Shown here in pieces: positions 45,701 to 58,862 of a DNA stretch of 64,000 nucleotides; the first letter of the stretch is position 1; every line of letters starts with the position of its first letter. The DNA is from Rhodosorus marinus CCMP1338 (Eukaryota; Plantae; Rhodophyta). The notes below the pieces were generated by a model. It saw only the letters and a list, made by a program, of their open reading frames with translations, was not told the DNA's origin and did no database searches. The stretch is from the NCBI GenBank assembly GCA_029953675.1, contig JAMWBK010000002.1, forward strand, positions 1,550,001 through 1,614,000, read 5' to 3'. A program made the translations under genes and the position numbers.

Positions 45701-47452
45701 CGCCTTGGCAGAGCTCGCTAGTTTTGGGGAGCGCACTTGTGGCATCTCCGATTGCGATGAAGTGAACGAGGAATAGTATGAAATCAGTCCATAAAAACGG
45801 CGGTTTACTCACTTTGATGTCACGTTTTCCGCCGAACGAAAGGCCCATGATCTACTGTCGTTTGTCGAACTTAAAGAGAAGCAGAGCACTGCATGCGTGT
45901 CCTGTAAATCTACAGCGCCTCATCATGAGGAGTGTCTAATGTCAATATGCTTATACTAGCGAAGAATGAGCGTGCCGAGCCTACGCAAGCAATTGCGTCG
46001 ACCGGGACGTTTCCCCTAAACGAAGATATCGACAATGGACTCCGTTTGTTGTGGGACAATGTGAGCTTCACCAGCAGGTTTTCTGGGGTTAGGCCCTGGC
46101 CGACATTTATTAGGAGTATTCCAATGGAGGTAAAACAGGTTGTCAACAGAAGGAAGTCTTGAGGGACGAAAGGTACGAGTTGGGGGGCTCTTTGACTGGC
46201 AGACTTTATGATGGGGCGCTACGAAAGAAACGAGCGCCAAGAAAAGAAGGTACGTATGAACCTTTTCGAGGGCTTTTTCTGTGAATAGCGGCTGCATGGG
46301 ACGAATGCGTTGATTGCCTTGCCAAGAGCGGTCAACCTCTCTCGCACAGTTAAGCTAAGCTCAAGGATAAGAATTCACAAACACAAGCTCGCGTATACCG
46401 GTTTGGTACGAGAAGACGTGCTCGCCCGTCACCTACATGCCGAGTATTGAAAGAACTCGCATCCACAAAGTCCCAACGGAGTACGAAGGAACACCGAACG
46501 CCTCCATGAACGGGTCCGTGGATTACCACTCTCAGACAAGAGCGAATGTTCTCATCTTGCGCTTTTCATCAGCTTCAAAAACCATCTTCTCACAACGCCC
46601 CAAAAGCAGTCAGTCACCCATCACAGTGCCTGCTTCTAGACGATACCTTTACCGGAGTGAACTCATATACCCAAATTGTTGGATTAGAAAAATGAGAATA
46701 ATAGGAGATCTTTGGAGCGCGGGGGAAAGGACGGAAGAATATGAGGGAGAGGCACAAGCCCTTTTTCCAACGACGGATTGGGGGCGCTATGTAAACCCAA
46801 GGGAACCAATTCGCGAGTACAACCTTCCTTCCTTTTCATGAACGGAGTACAATCGCACCTCGATTCACGATCGTTCACTATCTGCTTTCTACCCGCTCCT
46901 TTGCAAAGTCCGGTACTTTCGACCCGAAAACACCTACGACGGTGAACTATGGGGGGTCCTTGCTAGTTATTGTTTATTTCAAAAAAAAGGTGGCGCGTAG
47001 AGGAGTTCGGACGTTTTTTTGGGGGGGGCAGGGGTTAAAACCCTTTCGGTTACCCCCCTTACAAACCCTGCAATATCTGTTTCAATTTCTGGCTTCTCGG
47101 TAGGATTTTTTAAAAAGGAGAAATTGTAAGGCAAGGAAAGGGGGGGAAGGTATCAGGACCGCATGGATATTTAAATCTGAACTCGGATATGATGGGGCAT
47201 TTTCATAGTTTTCATCGTATTGCGGAATGCAACGGGTTAAGTATGATATGGATTTGGAGGGATTTGTACATCTGTGTTGGGGGACATGAAGTTTGGCCCG
47301 GGTTGGGAGGACGAGGTGGCTGTATTTTTATTTGAACAGGAAGTGGGTTATTGTCTGGTGTTCACGGAACTGCGTTCGGAACTTGAGAGTAGGATATGTA
47401 TATCTGAGGAGTCTCAAGAAGATTTGGATTTCTCGCGTTCTTCGGTTTAGAG

Positions 47453-49141
47453 ATGGGGGGTCTCGAATTGGGATTCTTGAATAGCGCTGGATTTCGGAAG
47501 GGGGTGCATGGGAAGATCGACGTTTGCACGGAGAGTTTAAGGCGCGTTCCATGGGACAGTCGGCCGAAGTTTGTGCGCGTGGTCCGCATGAGAGCTATGA
47601 ATGATGATCTCGGGTTTACGGATGTAAAATCGTCAAAGGATACCAAGCGTCCCAAAAAGCAGATCTTCGAGGGACCAGAGGCTGTCTTGGGGCTTGTGAT
47701 CGCTTCCGTGGCAGTTCTGGTTGATATTCTCAAGTCTATTGTGCTTGTTTTTACTGGGCCAATCTCGACGAATGCGCGGCTGTCTCAGAGAGTACGTGTG
47801 TTGGAAAAGGAATCCTCAAACCTCAAGGCGGATAAAGTTACGCTCGAAGAAGACCTTGGAACGCTTCTTGAGGTAGAATCAGCGCTGCAAGTGGCTGAAG
47901 TGACGAAGGCGAGAATCAGCGAGCAGTCACAATCCTTGAGGGGCGATGTAGAAGAGCGAGATAATATTATTAAGTCCCTCTCCGAGGAGAAGGGAAAGTT
48001 GACGGAGCAAATTCGCTCCTTCAACAAGAAATCGAAGGTGATGGCAGATCGTAGGCAGGAGTTTGAGAATCAGAAAGCGTCGATGGAACTTGAGATGCAA
48101 CGCCTCCTTGCCAAGACGGGCGAGCTGGAGTCCAAATTGCGTCTGCTTGAACAGGAAAACGCAAACCTGAGACGAGAACACCTAAAGGTTGCAGGACTGC
48201 AGGCCAAGATCACTGATCTTGAGAGTACTCTTCTCGGAATGAAAAAGAACATTGCGGGCCTGAGCTACGATAACGATACGCTATTGAGGCAGCTTAGCGC
48301 CAAGAACCTTGAATACGCTAAACTGGAAGGCAAGTATACCGGAGTGAAAGGGGATGTGAACGCCAAGAAGGACGAGGTCAGCTCTATACAAACGATGCTT
48401 GAATTGCAAGTTAAAGGGAATGATAAGCTTCGAGAAGAGAACACCCGTATGCTGCAGAAAATGGAGGCTGCGCAGAGTGTAAAGAGTCAGCTTGAGCAAG
48501 ACCTGCAAAAAACGGCGGCTGAGAAGGAACGGGTGATAAGCGAGCTTCGTCAGCAGGAAAGAGCGAAGGGAGTTCTTCAGGAGCAAATGTCGAAAATGAA
48601 TAAGCAGGACCAACAAGGAAGAGAGGCACTTGAGGAAGAGTTAAAGAGCAAGATCAAAACTGTGGATGAGGAGAAGTTGGCCCTGGAGGAGCGGATCAAG
48701 GAGGCGGAGGGAGCAAGGGATGCACTTCAGAAGGAATGGGAATACAAGCTAGTTCAGAAGGCACTCCAGGTCAGAGACCTAGAGAAGCGTAATCGTGAGA
48801 TAGAGAAAGCCCTCGCTGAGGCGCGAGAGATGGGTATGGCATGGGAGAACTATAATAGTGACTTGGAAGCACAGTACAAGGAGTTGGAAGTGAAGTACAA
48901 CGAAGTGGAAGGGTTTGCAGAGCAACAGCGGGAAGAAACTGCAAGAGCTCGAGAAGAAGTAAAGTTGGGGAAGGATAGGGCGCAAAAGCTTGAGGAGAAT
49001 CTGATGGCCGCTTCGAAAGAGGTGGAGGACTTGCGAGCGAGGACGGCACTCCTTGAGGACGAAAGGGAGCAAGATCTAGAATCGCTGAAGAGCGAGAAGG
49101 AGATGTTGGAACAAACCAGTTTGAAGCATTTCTATTTGTAG
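47453..49141 (+). CDS. Plastid-type membrane-anchored long coiled-coil protein, short paralog (562 aa)
   Basis: A transit-like N-terminus is followed by NDDLGFTDV, the TM helix VLGLVIASVAVLVDILKSIVLVF and a heptad-rich E/K/L/Q region. It is colinear with the gene at 50612 but stops early. Confidence 0.75.
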   Translation: MGGLELGFLNSAGFRKGVHGKIDVCTESLRRVPWDSRPKFVRVVRMRAMNDDLGFTDVKSSKDTKRPKKQIFEGPEAVLGLVIASVAVLVDILKSIVLVFTGPISTNARLSQRVRVLEKESSNLKADKVTLEEDLGTLLEVESALQVAEVTKARISEQSQSLRGDVEERDNIIKSLSEEKGKLTEQIRSFNKKSKVMADRRQEFENQKASMELEMQRLLAKTGELESKLRLLEQENANLRREHLKVAGLQAKITDLESTLLGMKKNIAGLSYDNDTLLRQLSAKNLEYAKLEGKYTGVKGDVNAKKDEVSSIQTMLELQVKGNDKLREENTRMLQKMEAAQSVKSQLEQDLQKTAAEKERVISELRQQERAKGVLQEQMSKMNKQDQQGREALEEELKSKIKTVDEEKLALEERIKEAEGARDALQKEWEYKLVQKALQVRDLEKRNREIEKALAEAREMGMAWENYNSDLEAQYKELEVKYNEVEGFAEQQREETARAREEVKLGKDRAQKLEENLMAASKEVEDLRARTALLEDEREQDLESLKSEKEMLEQTSLKHFYL

Positions 49142-49399
49142 ATGTTCCTCGCGATGACGAATTTTCATTCAGACATGCCGAAATCGATTCTCCCATTCGG
49201 TCCTATGTAGTGGATGGAGTTCTTGTAGCAAAATGGACGATGTTTGTATTAGAATTCAAGGAGTGAAATATAATGCCATCTTAACTTGAACAGTTCCATG
49301 GGACTCGAGCTGATCGGCATCAGCAGGTTGACGACAGGTAGTTTGAGTTAGTATGGCCCTAAGCTTCGAAATTTAGAGATGTTATTGCAGTTGGCAGTA

Positions 49400-49750
49400 G
49401 GTTTTCGTAAGTTTCCGTATTGAATATATTTGAAGAAAGCTTTCATGGTTATACGCAAACAACAGCCACGCTGAGGCAAAGAAGGGAAACGGTAAACCGT
49501 AGGCGATTCGTCAGAAGACAAACCGACGTACGAACCATCAAACGGTCTTCCCCACCTTTTCGAGAGCAAACGCCCGCTGATACTGACCCATTTCTTGAAA
49601 AGGCTTCATGTCCCTCGCCACAGTATGGAGTTGTCTGGTAATTTGTTGCTGACGGAGGCTTTACAGCCTTGAACTCTGTCGCATCAATGTCCCTCATCCA
49701 TCTCAATGCTGAGATTGCACTAGGAAAATCTAATTTTTTCAATCCACAGC
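49400..49750 (-). mobile_element. Possible PIF/Harbinger-like DDE transposase relic
   Basis: IDATEF...SRKG...VC...LRFT weakly echoes the IDGT...NRKG..S..VQ.VCD...RFT pattern. Stops follow downstream. Confidence 0.25.
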
Positions 49751-50611
49751 AGGGGGGGTACGCGCCAGGGGGGGTGTGTGTGTGGGGAGAGAGGTGAAGG
49801 ATTGACCTCCCGTTGGTCAAATGGACCGGCCTCGCTTCTATGACGTTAGCATCGTTGGGAGGTGAAAACAAACCACACCTGTCTTCTAGTCATGAACTGA
49901 TAAGTATTCCAGTCATGATGTAGACAATAGACTTGTCTTCGTACAAGACAAAGACACTCATCAAACGCCTACAATATCAGGCAGTATCAAGTCCGAGCTC
50001 AAGTCCGGAGCCACACAAAACATTCAGGGTTTTGAGAAGGAGGGGGGGGGAGAGAAATCGGACATTCATCTAAATTCGAAGTTGCCACGAAAACCCCCCC
50101 CCCCCAAGTCCAGAAAACGCCGCTTCTTGCCGTTGGACGAATGGGCCTAGACATGTCATGCTTAAAAGTTCAAATTTTTGAAGGCAAAACCAATTAGCCG
50201 AAAAGTATATGAGGGGTAGGATAAGTGAGTAACATGTTGGGGAGCTGAGTGGGCAGGTATTTTTTTGTGAAAATAATTTTGTTCGGTTCGAACGTGCTTT
50301 TAGTGGAAAATGGATAACGGGGTTGCGGAAAGCAGGAAAAGGAGGAAAATTTTGACGAAGAGAGCAGATGGTGCGCGTGAGGGTTTTGCCTGGGTAAAGA
50401 GTTTTGTCCGGCTGGAGGAAAACCATTGGATCACACGTGGGGTGAGGGGAGATGTCCTTTGATGAATTGTTCATCTTCGGAAGAGACGCAGAGTGGCAAA
50501 CTCCGGAGCTGAATTATGTTGTAAGTTGGTGGTCTGGTGGCAGGATGAGTTCTGTGAGTTCTGGAAAAGTTTGAGTTTCGCAGATCCTTTTTTTTTTTTT
50601 TCGTTCCGGTG

Positions 50612-53600
50612 ATGGGGAAATTCGCGTTGGGCTTCTTGGCCGGCGCCGGGGTTTGGAATGGAGAGGATGAAAGGGTGTGCGTTTGTCGAAACCGGTCTAG
50701 GAGGGTTTCGTGGGAGATACAGCCGAGGTATGCGCGTGTAGTCTGTATCCGAGCGCTGAATGATGATCTCGGCTTCACAGATGTGGAAACGAAGGAGTAT
50801 ACAGGGCCTCCTCAGAAAGAGTTATATGAGGGTCCCGAGTCAGTCGTGGGACTGGCAATTGCTGGAGTGGCTGTACTTGTGGATGTCCTCAAGTCGGTTG
50901 TAACTGTGTTTACCGGCCCTCCATCTTCAAGTGCCAAGTTGTCTCAACGAATACGTATGTTAGAGCGCGAAGCAGACCGACTCAAATCCGACAAGCTCAA
51001 CCTGGAGGAGAACTTGCTCGCATACCGCGAAATTGAAGCTGAAAAAGAGCTGCTGCAATCCAAAGCTCTGGAGATGGAGATGAAAGTATCTGAGAGTGAT
51101 CTGCGTTCTTCGGAAGTACGAACTAAGGCGGAAATATCTGAGATGAAGATGGTTGAGTTGGAAGCGGCGCTGAAGATGGCCGACCTAACGAAAGCGAACG
51201 TCGAGGAGCAGGCGATTCGATTGAGGAGCGATGTTGATTCGCGAGATAAGATAATCAAATCGCTCTCCGAGGAAAAAGGCCGTCTCAGTGAGCAAATTCG
51301 CGCCTTGAACAAGCAAATCAAAACAAGCGAAGAACGTAAACAAGTGTACAAAGACCAATACGCATCCTCCGATGTCGAGATGAAAGCTCTTCAGGCTAGG
51401 ACAATGGAGTTGGAGTCCAAACTTGTGTCTCTCGAACAGGAAAACTCAGCTCTTCGAGAAGAACAGAAGGTTCTCACTGGCCTTCAGGCCAGGATCAGAG
51501 ACCTCGAAGGTACTTTGTCCGGGATGAAAACAACCCTTGAAACAAAGGAAGAGCACATCGCTGCCCTAAGTGACGAAAAGGAAGCGGTTTTGGATCAGCT
51601 GAATAGTGGGAGGGTTGAATACGCCACGCTTCAGGGCAGATGCACGGGCATGCAGGAAGAGACGGACTCCAAAAACGCTGAGATCGCCAATCTTAAGGGA
51701 AAGCTTGCCGAACAAATTGCTGGGCTTTCCGAGCTCAGAGAAAAGGAAGCTGAGAAGCAACAGCTTGCAAAACTCCTGAGAGAGCAGGAACAAGCGAAGG
51801 TCACCCTTCAGGAACAACTAGCACGACAAGCTAAGGCCGAAGCGGAAGCTCGGGCTACTCTGCAGGATCAGCTCAGCCGAAAAATCAAGCAAGTAGAGGA
51901 TTCAAAGGTGCTCGTAGAGCAGCAGCTGCGGAATCAACTCAAAGAAATGGAGCAGGGAAGGAAGATCGCAATGGGGCAGCTCCCAGAATTAGAGAAGATG
52001 CTTGCGCAGAAGGCAAGCAGAATCAGAGACCTCGAGGGTCTACAGCGTCAATCCGAGGGCTCCCTCGCTGAAGCTCGGGCGATGGGTATGGCATGGGAAA
52101 ACTACAATGCTGAGTTGGAAGCAAAGTACAACGAATTGGAAGAACGGTACCAGAAATTGGAAGAAGTAGATGCATTGCTCAAGCAGCAGGAGACTGAAAC
52201 AGCCAAGGCTCGAGACGAAGTCAAGACGGCGAAGGAGAAGTCCCAAAAGCTAGAGGAAGAGTTGATAGAATTGCGAACCTTAAAGGAAACAGCTGTCCAG
52301 GAGCTAGATGAAGTGAACGGATCAACAACCAAAGAACTGGAAGAACTCCAAGCAATGCTACAGAGCGTAGAGGAAGAGCGCGCGAGAGATCTAGAACTCT
52401 TAAAAAGCGAGAAGGAGATGTTGGTAGAGGACAACCAGACCAAGGTTGATTCAATACTGAAGCTTGTCATGCAGAAAGAGGTCGAGCTCAGTCAGAAGGA
52501 AAAAATGGTTACAGCACTCGAGAGACAGTTGAGCGACGCGCTTGAGGCCAACGACAGAGCCCTAGACCGCGCCAACGCCGAGACATCGCACCTCGAGGAC
52601 GCACTTATGGCTGCGGAGGAGGAACTTTCCCAGGTGGGCGTTGACCTGCAAAGGTCTGCCACCGCGACAGAACAGGCGCTCGCGAGGAGAGAACTTGCCG
52701 AAGAAAAAGTACGGAGCCTTCAGAGGGAAAGCTTAGTGGAGTATCAACGGGAGCTGGTACCTTGGTTGCTCGAGACTGTCCGGAACGTCCAGGCCGGGGG
52801 ACTTCTCCCGGACCTAGATCACGATGAGCCTGAAGCTGTGCTCTATTTCAAGAGGATTGCTCTGGCCAAGTTGACTGAAGCTCCAATTGAGCAGAATGTA
52901 GCACCTGCTGTTGCTGGTGATGGTGACGAGGTTAAAAAGCAGCTGTTGAAGCTCTACGGGTTCTTATCTGATATCAGTCAGGACATGGTTGACAACGGCT
53001 TGACAGCAACGGCGGAAATGAGCCAGGATGTTCTACAGCAAGTCAAGGAATCGGTGGATATTGATAGTTTATACGGCTCGCGCACAACGGGAGGGGCGCG
53101 ATCTGAGTCGACTGTTTCTACGAATCAAATCATGGCCGGTCTCAGTGCTGCAGAGGTAAGAAGTGTCAGTTTACTACCTTCGATAATCGGTTTAACTCTT
53201 AACGGTACTCAAAAACCTACTGTTCGGTTGTAATTGAAACTAGGGTAGTGGACCGGTTGGGATTGGTGAGAGCGAGAAAGGTGGCAAGAGAAAGGCAACC
53301 CGGAAACGATCGCCGCCGAGAAGTAAGGCCTCAGCTGAGAGCTCGACAGGCCTCCCCGAGATTGGAAGTGAGGAGTTCACGGAACTGCTCAACTTGAATG
53401 GTTTTACAGTCGACGAGACGGAGTGGCTGAAAGAGGGCACAATTGAAGGGGAGGAAGAAGAGGTACTTGTTGACATGCTAATGCAGAAGCAGATTGAAAA
53501 GATCGATCCGGTTTTCGATGGTTCAGCAGTTACGGGCGATGGAAATGGTGTAGTGGACGAGTTTGCTGCAGATGGATCCGTGTCTAATGCACTCTCAGGT

Positions 53601-53687
53601 GAATCCACAGAACAGAAGAAGAAGAAGAAGGATAGCTCCGCACCGGCGAAAAAACGGAGGGGAAGGCCGAGGAAGAAGGAGGGTTAG
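50612..53687 (+). CDS. Plastid-type membrane-anchored long coiled-coil protein with C-terminal AT-hook (about 995 aa, 2 exons)
   Basis: ATG at 50612, TM helix VVGLAIAGVAVLVDVLKSVVTVF and a long coiled coil. A phase-0 intron at 53156-53243 (GTAAG...TAG) joins in frame to an exon ending KKRRGRPRKKEG*. Confidence 0.8.
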
Positions 53688-54533
53688 ATGCCTTCCCTGT
53701 ATTTGTGTTATTGAAATACTGCCATTTATGGCGAACGGGTTTGTACAGCCAATGAACCCGGATGAGGGCTGCGCAGACGTCCGGTTTGTGCTACTTAGCA
53801 GCGGAAAGCCCCGAAAGCCCAGCCCCATCGCTCGTAGTCAGTAAAATAGCGGGGGGGCGTGGTCCGCTCTCGAAGATCTTACGGTCTTTAAAGTAAATGA
53901 ATAGTTGACTCTACTTTTATTTCCATCTGCCTCGGGGCTAGCTGCTAAGCCAACAACTCCAGGGCCGCTCAATTTTGGTTGGCGGTCAGAGCCACAGGTG
54001 ATCTGTTGACATCTCTGCGTACCCAAGCGCGTACAGTAGAGCAACTGTCTTTTGCGAAATAAAATGTCGATCGCATCGCGTAGGCTGTGATCCCTGGTCC
54101 AGGAGGCCCCAGGAACTCTACGACTTATCCGATTCGATGTAGAATAAATATACTCTTATTAACGAGATATTTCTTAATTGTTTCTTCTAATAATAGGTAA
54201 AAGCCTAATGTAGCGGATAGTTCTCAAATTTGGTACATTGTACTAGATTTGAGACTAGTTTCAGCACGGTGGGCGGCATGAACCGAGGGGGCCTACAGCA
54301 TACGAATGTCAACCGATACCGCAGTGATTCTTCAGGGCTTAGTGAGACTCCTTGTTGGGAACGGGGGTGTGCCATGACGTGCCGTCAGGATTGAGTGACC
54401 CTATATCTGATTTCGAGCATCGGTCTTTGGTGGGAGAAAGAAACTGAGGAGAGACGGAGAGACTGATTGACCTGTTTGAGGGTATTCGTGCAGGTGGACA
54501 TTGAGAGGTGTGTGAGCTCAGGGTAGAGGAGGA

Positions 54534-56595
54534 ATGCCTACTGTTTCGGTAGTGAGAGATCGGCTGTTTGAGGAGCTTGGGAGGACGTACACCGATGAAG
54601 AGTTCGATGAACTCTGCTTTGAGTATGGGTTAGAGCTCGATGATGTGGTAGAGGAGAAGGTCGGAGGCGGAGGAAGGATAAAGCAGGGAGAGGAAGAAAT
54701 AGCCACGGTTTACAAGGTCGATGTGCCGGCGAATCGATATGATCTGCTGTGCACAGAGGGGTTGGTACAGGCACTAAGGGTGTTCAAGAGGTTTGATGAC
54801 TTGCCACGCAGATTTTCTCCGACTGAGGCTCAATGTGTTGTACAAGGTGGGATGCTGTTCAGAGCGCCAAGTCCTTCGCTGACTTTATTTGGATCCGATC
54901 TCGTTCTGATAAGCTGATATACTTGTCATCATCATGCTCAAAACGCAGTTAAAGCGGAGACGACAGAGATTCGTCCTTTTGTCGTATCTGCCGTCCTCCG
55001 CAATATCTCACTGTCACCTGCTGCATATCAGAGTCTCATCGACCTACAAGAGAAACTTCATCACAACATCTGTAGGCAGCGATCGTTGGTTGCGATTGGG
55101 ACTCATGACCTCGACCGGCTTGAGGGCCCATTTACGTATGAAGCACTTCCGCCAAACGAAATCCGTTTTGCTCCGCTTTCACTGGAGAAGGAATACTCTG
55201 CAGATGAGCTTATGACATTATACGAAACGGATACAAAACTTAAGGCGTATCTTCCGCTCATTCGCGACGCGCCAAGGTATCCAGTTATCCTCGATAGTAA
55301 ACGGCGGGTAGGCAGCTCACATCACCCATTTTTTTTCGTCTCTTTTGTGTCGGCTTCCATTCTGAAGATAGCCCTTGCGTATTCAGGTATGTTCGATGCC
55401 ACCAATAATCAACGGAGACCACAGCAAGATAACCCTGGACACGAAGAATATGTTCATTGAGTGCACAGCCACCGACAAGACGAAAGCACTGGTAGTCCTC
55501 AACGTGTTGGTGAGCGCCTTTAGCCGGTATTGCGAGGAAGCTTTCTCGATCGAGCCAGTTCGGATAGAATATTTGAACTATGCTGGGACTATAGATAGTG
55601 TGGACCAAACCCCCCATCTTGACGCCACCGAAATAACCGCTTCGGCAAGGTATATTTCGAGCTTGATCGGCGTTGACCTCAAAGCCGAAGAAATAGCGCC
55701 TTTACTTAACCGGATGATGCTTCAGGTTACCGCTGGAAGCTCTTCTGATGAGCTCAAGGTGCTTTGCCCCGTGTATCGAGCGGATATTCTCCACGCATGT
55801 GACGTTGCAGAGGTACGTGCCATGCATAACCCTTTTGATTAAGGATGTGGAGACTAAGCTGAAACCCTTGCGCTTGGGTGTGTTGCCTCCGTCTAGGACG
55901 TCGCGATTGCCTATGGGTTCAACCGAGTGAAAGAGCAAATTCCAAGCTTTTTCACGACGGGGCGGTCACAACCCCTCAACCTGCTCACTGACCTCCTGAG
56001 GAAGGAGGCGCTCGCACAGCGAGGATACACCGAAGTCTTGACTTGGGTAACTGTATCCCATGAAGAGAACTTCACGAAGATGCGGAGAGTTGATGACAAC
56101 AAACAAGCAGTGAAAATTTCAAATCCAAAGTCGCAAGAGTTCCAAGAGTGTAGGCGGTACTTGCTGCCTGGGGTCCTGAAGACCCTTCGGGAGAACAGAA
56201 ATGTACGGCTACCCCTGAGGCTGTTCGAAGTCGGCGATGTCGTTAGGCTAGAAAAAAACTCAAGTATTGGGGCGGTCAACGAGCGAAGGCTCTGTGCTGT
56301 GCATTGTGGTACATCAGCAGCGTTCGAAGTTGTGAAGGCGCTTCTTGACCACGTGATGCTAATGCTCGGTGTGGAGCCTGGCGACGGGCATGCGAAGTCC
56401 ACGTTTCGGTTGGACTCCGAGGGCTGCCAAGATGAAGCATTCTTTCCCGGTCGAAGAGCTGATATTATCGTTGGAGGAGTGAACGTTGGTGTGATTGGAT
56501 GGCTACACCCGGAAGTACTTGCAAACTTTTCTCTCACTTCACCGTGCTCCGCCGTGGAAATGCTGGTTGAACCCTTTCTCGACAAATCTGCTTGA
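54534..56595 (+). CDS. FARSB: Phenylalanyl-tRNA synthetase beta subunit, cytosolic, multi-exon
   Basis: It reads [85 protein letters not shown] and GWLHPEVL. Confidence 0.95.
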
Positions 56596-57175
56596 AAACA
56601 ATTTTTTTGATGCCGAGTCACCGTAAACAAGCAGGAAATATTCGCGGTTTCGTCCTCGGATGCGATGACTGCCTGCTGTAACGCCAGGCCGACGTCCTTG
56701 GATATCCGTTTCGGTGCTCTCTGTACCTCCGCCTGGAATTCGACGGGTAGTCAGTTTCCAACTCGGGGTTGTCGATTACTTGCACATACTCGGATCAACA
56801 GTTTAGAACGTGCTTCTAAAATGTCAAGCACTTGGATAAACGAAACTCATCGTCACAAAACTTTCGTGTCGTTCAAAATACCTCGAGGGAAATGTGTCCA
56901 AATGGATCCACCATGCGGAGGTCCACTTCTAGCAAAAATAACAAAAGTTCATGATTCTGGCCGTTGCACGAACAGCTTCATTCAAGGCTTGGATTTGAAC
57001 GACGATCCATTGGGGATCTATTGGTGCGCACGGTTTTGGGCAGCGTGTTCAATGTGGTTCGATACTGATAAGGAGGAGAAAGGAACAACAATTTCAGATA
57101 AGCATCGGTAGCTCTGGATTGTGCTTGTCCAATTTGACGTTGAGTTGTCAATCTAGTGCGCTTCTGTTGGGAGAA

Positions 57176-58211
57176 ATGCTTCGACGTGGGCATTGTTTTG
57201 GATGGAGGGCATTGGGCCTTCGATGGACGTCGACGTCGGAGGCGACAGCGCCCAGAAAGGTGCCTATTGAGTTGATTAAACAGCTCAGGAGTGAATCTGG
57301 ATGTACTGTGATCCATGCCAAGCTAGCGTTAACAGAATCTGACGGTGATCTTGGTAAAGCGAGGGAGGTTTTGCGAGAGAAATTTCAGAAACAGTTCACC
57401 AAGAGGCAGAATAGCGCAAGCAGCGAAGGGATGGTTATGGCGAAGATCAGCCAAGATATGGGAAAGGCGGCCCTTCTTAAGCTGTGCTGTGAGACCGATT
57501 TCGTTGCTCGAACTGACGAGTTCCTTGGCATCATCAAGAGCGCATGCAATCGTGTTCTCGAGAAGCCCTATTCCCCAGAGGAACTTGGCGAGGCCTGCCA
57601 TGACGAGATTCGCGATGCTGTTGGGACACTCGGTGAAGCCATAAGAGTTGACGACGTCCTGAGGATTGAAGCAGAGCCATCGTCATCCGTTCTCTCCTCG
57701 TATGTTCACAATACTGTACAGCCTGGGATTGGTAGGATCGGAGCCGTCGTAGCGTTGGACAGTTCCGAAGTTGTGGATGATGTGAAAAGAGAAAGGTATT
57801 GGGATCCTTGTGTGCTTTCACTATTGATGTCTCTTATTTTCTGATACTCATGATTGCTGGCTTATCGTTCCTTTTTGTCGAAGGTTGAAGGAATTTGGCA
57901 AACACGTTGCGATGCAGATTGCCGCGATGGCGCCTACATACATAAGTGCCCACGATATTTCTCCTGAGACTAGGAGAGAGCACACAGCAGAACGCACGCT
58001 CTTCTTAAGGGAGAGTGGTAGAGAGAAGAAAGAAGCAGAAACCGAGGCCCTTCGAGAAACTTTGAAGTGGATTGAGGACTCTACGCTTCTGGAACAACAG
58101 TTCATTATGGAGGACCAAGGACACGACAAAGTGAAAGGCGCGATTGATGCGCTCACCAACGAGCTTGGATCGGTGATCAGAGTGAAGGAATTCAGTAGGT
58201 TCGCCATCTAG
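57176..58211 (+). CDS. TSFM: Translation elongation factor Ts, mitochondrial, 2 exons
   Basis: After a presequence come IKQLRSESG...AKLALTESDGD, CETDFVART, YVHN...GRIGAVVAL, HVAMQIAAMAP and LLEQQFI. Confidence 0.9.
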
Positions 58212-58386
58212 ACTGGACGAGTCCGTTTACATATGCATATGACCAGGACGTCTTGGTGTGCGATGTCCCAGGTAGACTTCAATTCACCGAATACCCCCGG
58301 TCGCCTATTCAGATTTAACTTTGTAAATTACCTCGAGCTCATTCTGTCGCTCCTCCCAGCGCTTTCTAGTCAACCCATGAGTCTCA

Positions 58387-58862
58387 TCACCACTTGACAA
58401 CCGGGTTCTGCTTGAAGCTCCAGTAAGCATCGTTATTGTAGAATGAAATCTCTGCCTCAGCACTGACGCCTTTATCCTCAAGTCGATCGCTGTCTTCAAT
58501 AACCCAATCATCCCGATCCAAATTTACGACCAAGTTCTGATCCTTATACTGATGTGCAGAAAGTTGGTGGATTTTAAGGGTGTTCAAGTCTGACCTCCTG
58601 AGCGTGACAAACACCGACTCCTCAGCGATGCCTTTGGTCATCGAACCAAGTAAATAAAGCACAGAAAACGACCTCGTTCAGGCTCTGTATCGAAATTGAT
58701 TTCTGTGATTTCTTTTTGTTCGTTTTATTGCTAACGTTTCAGGATGTTGGCCTTCAGCTCGGCACCCGAACAGCTGAGGTCAACATCTCGCATCACCATT
58801 AGCTTAACATTTCGATACTCAAAGTCGCGAATTAGTCGAATAGTTATAACTACTCCGACCAT
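58387..58862 (-). CDS. AIM29/UPF0538 (C2orf76-like) ubiquitin-fold protein, 2 exons
   Basis: Exon 1 reads MVGVVITIRLIRDFEYRNVKLMVMRDVDL. Exon 2 reads NTLKI...NLVVNLDRDDWVI...EAEISFYN..Y..FKQNPVVKW*. Confidence 0.8.
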
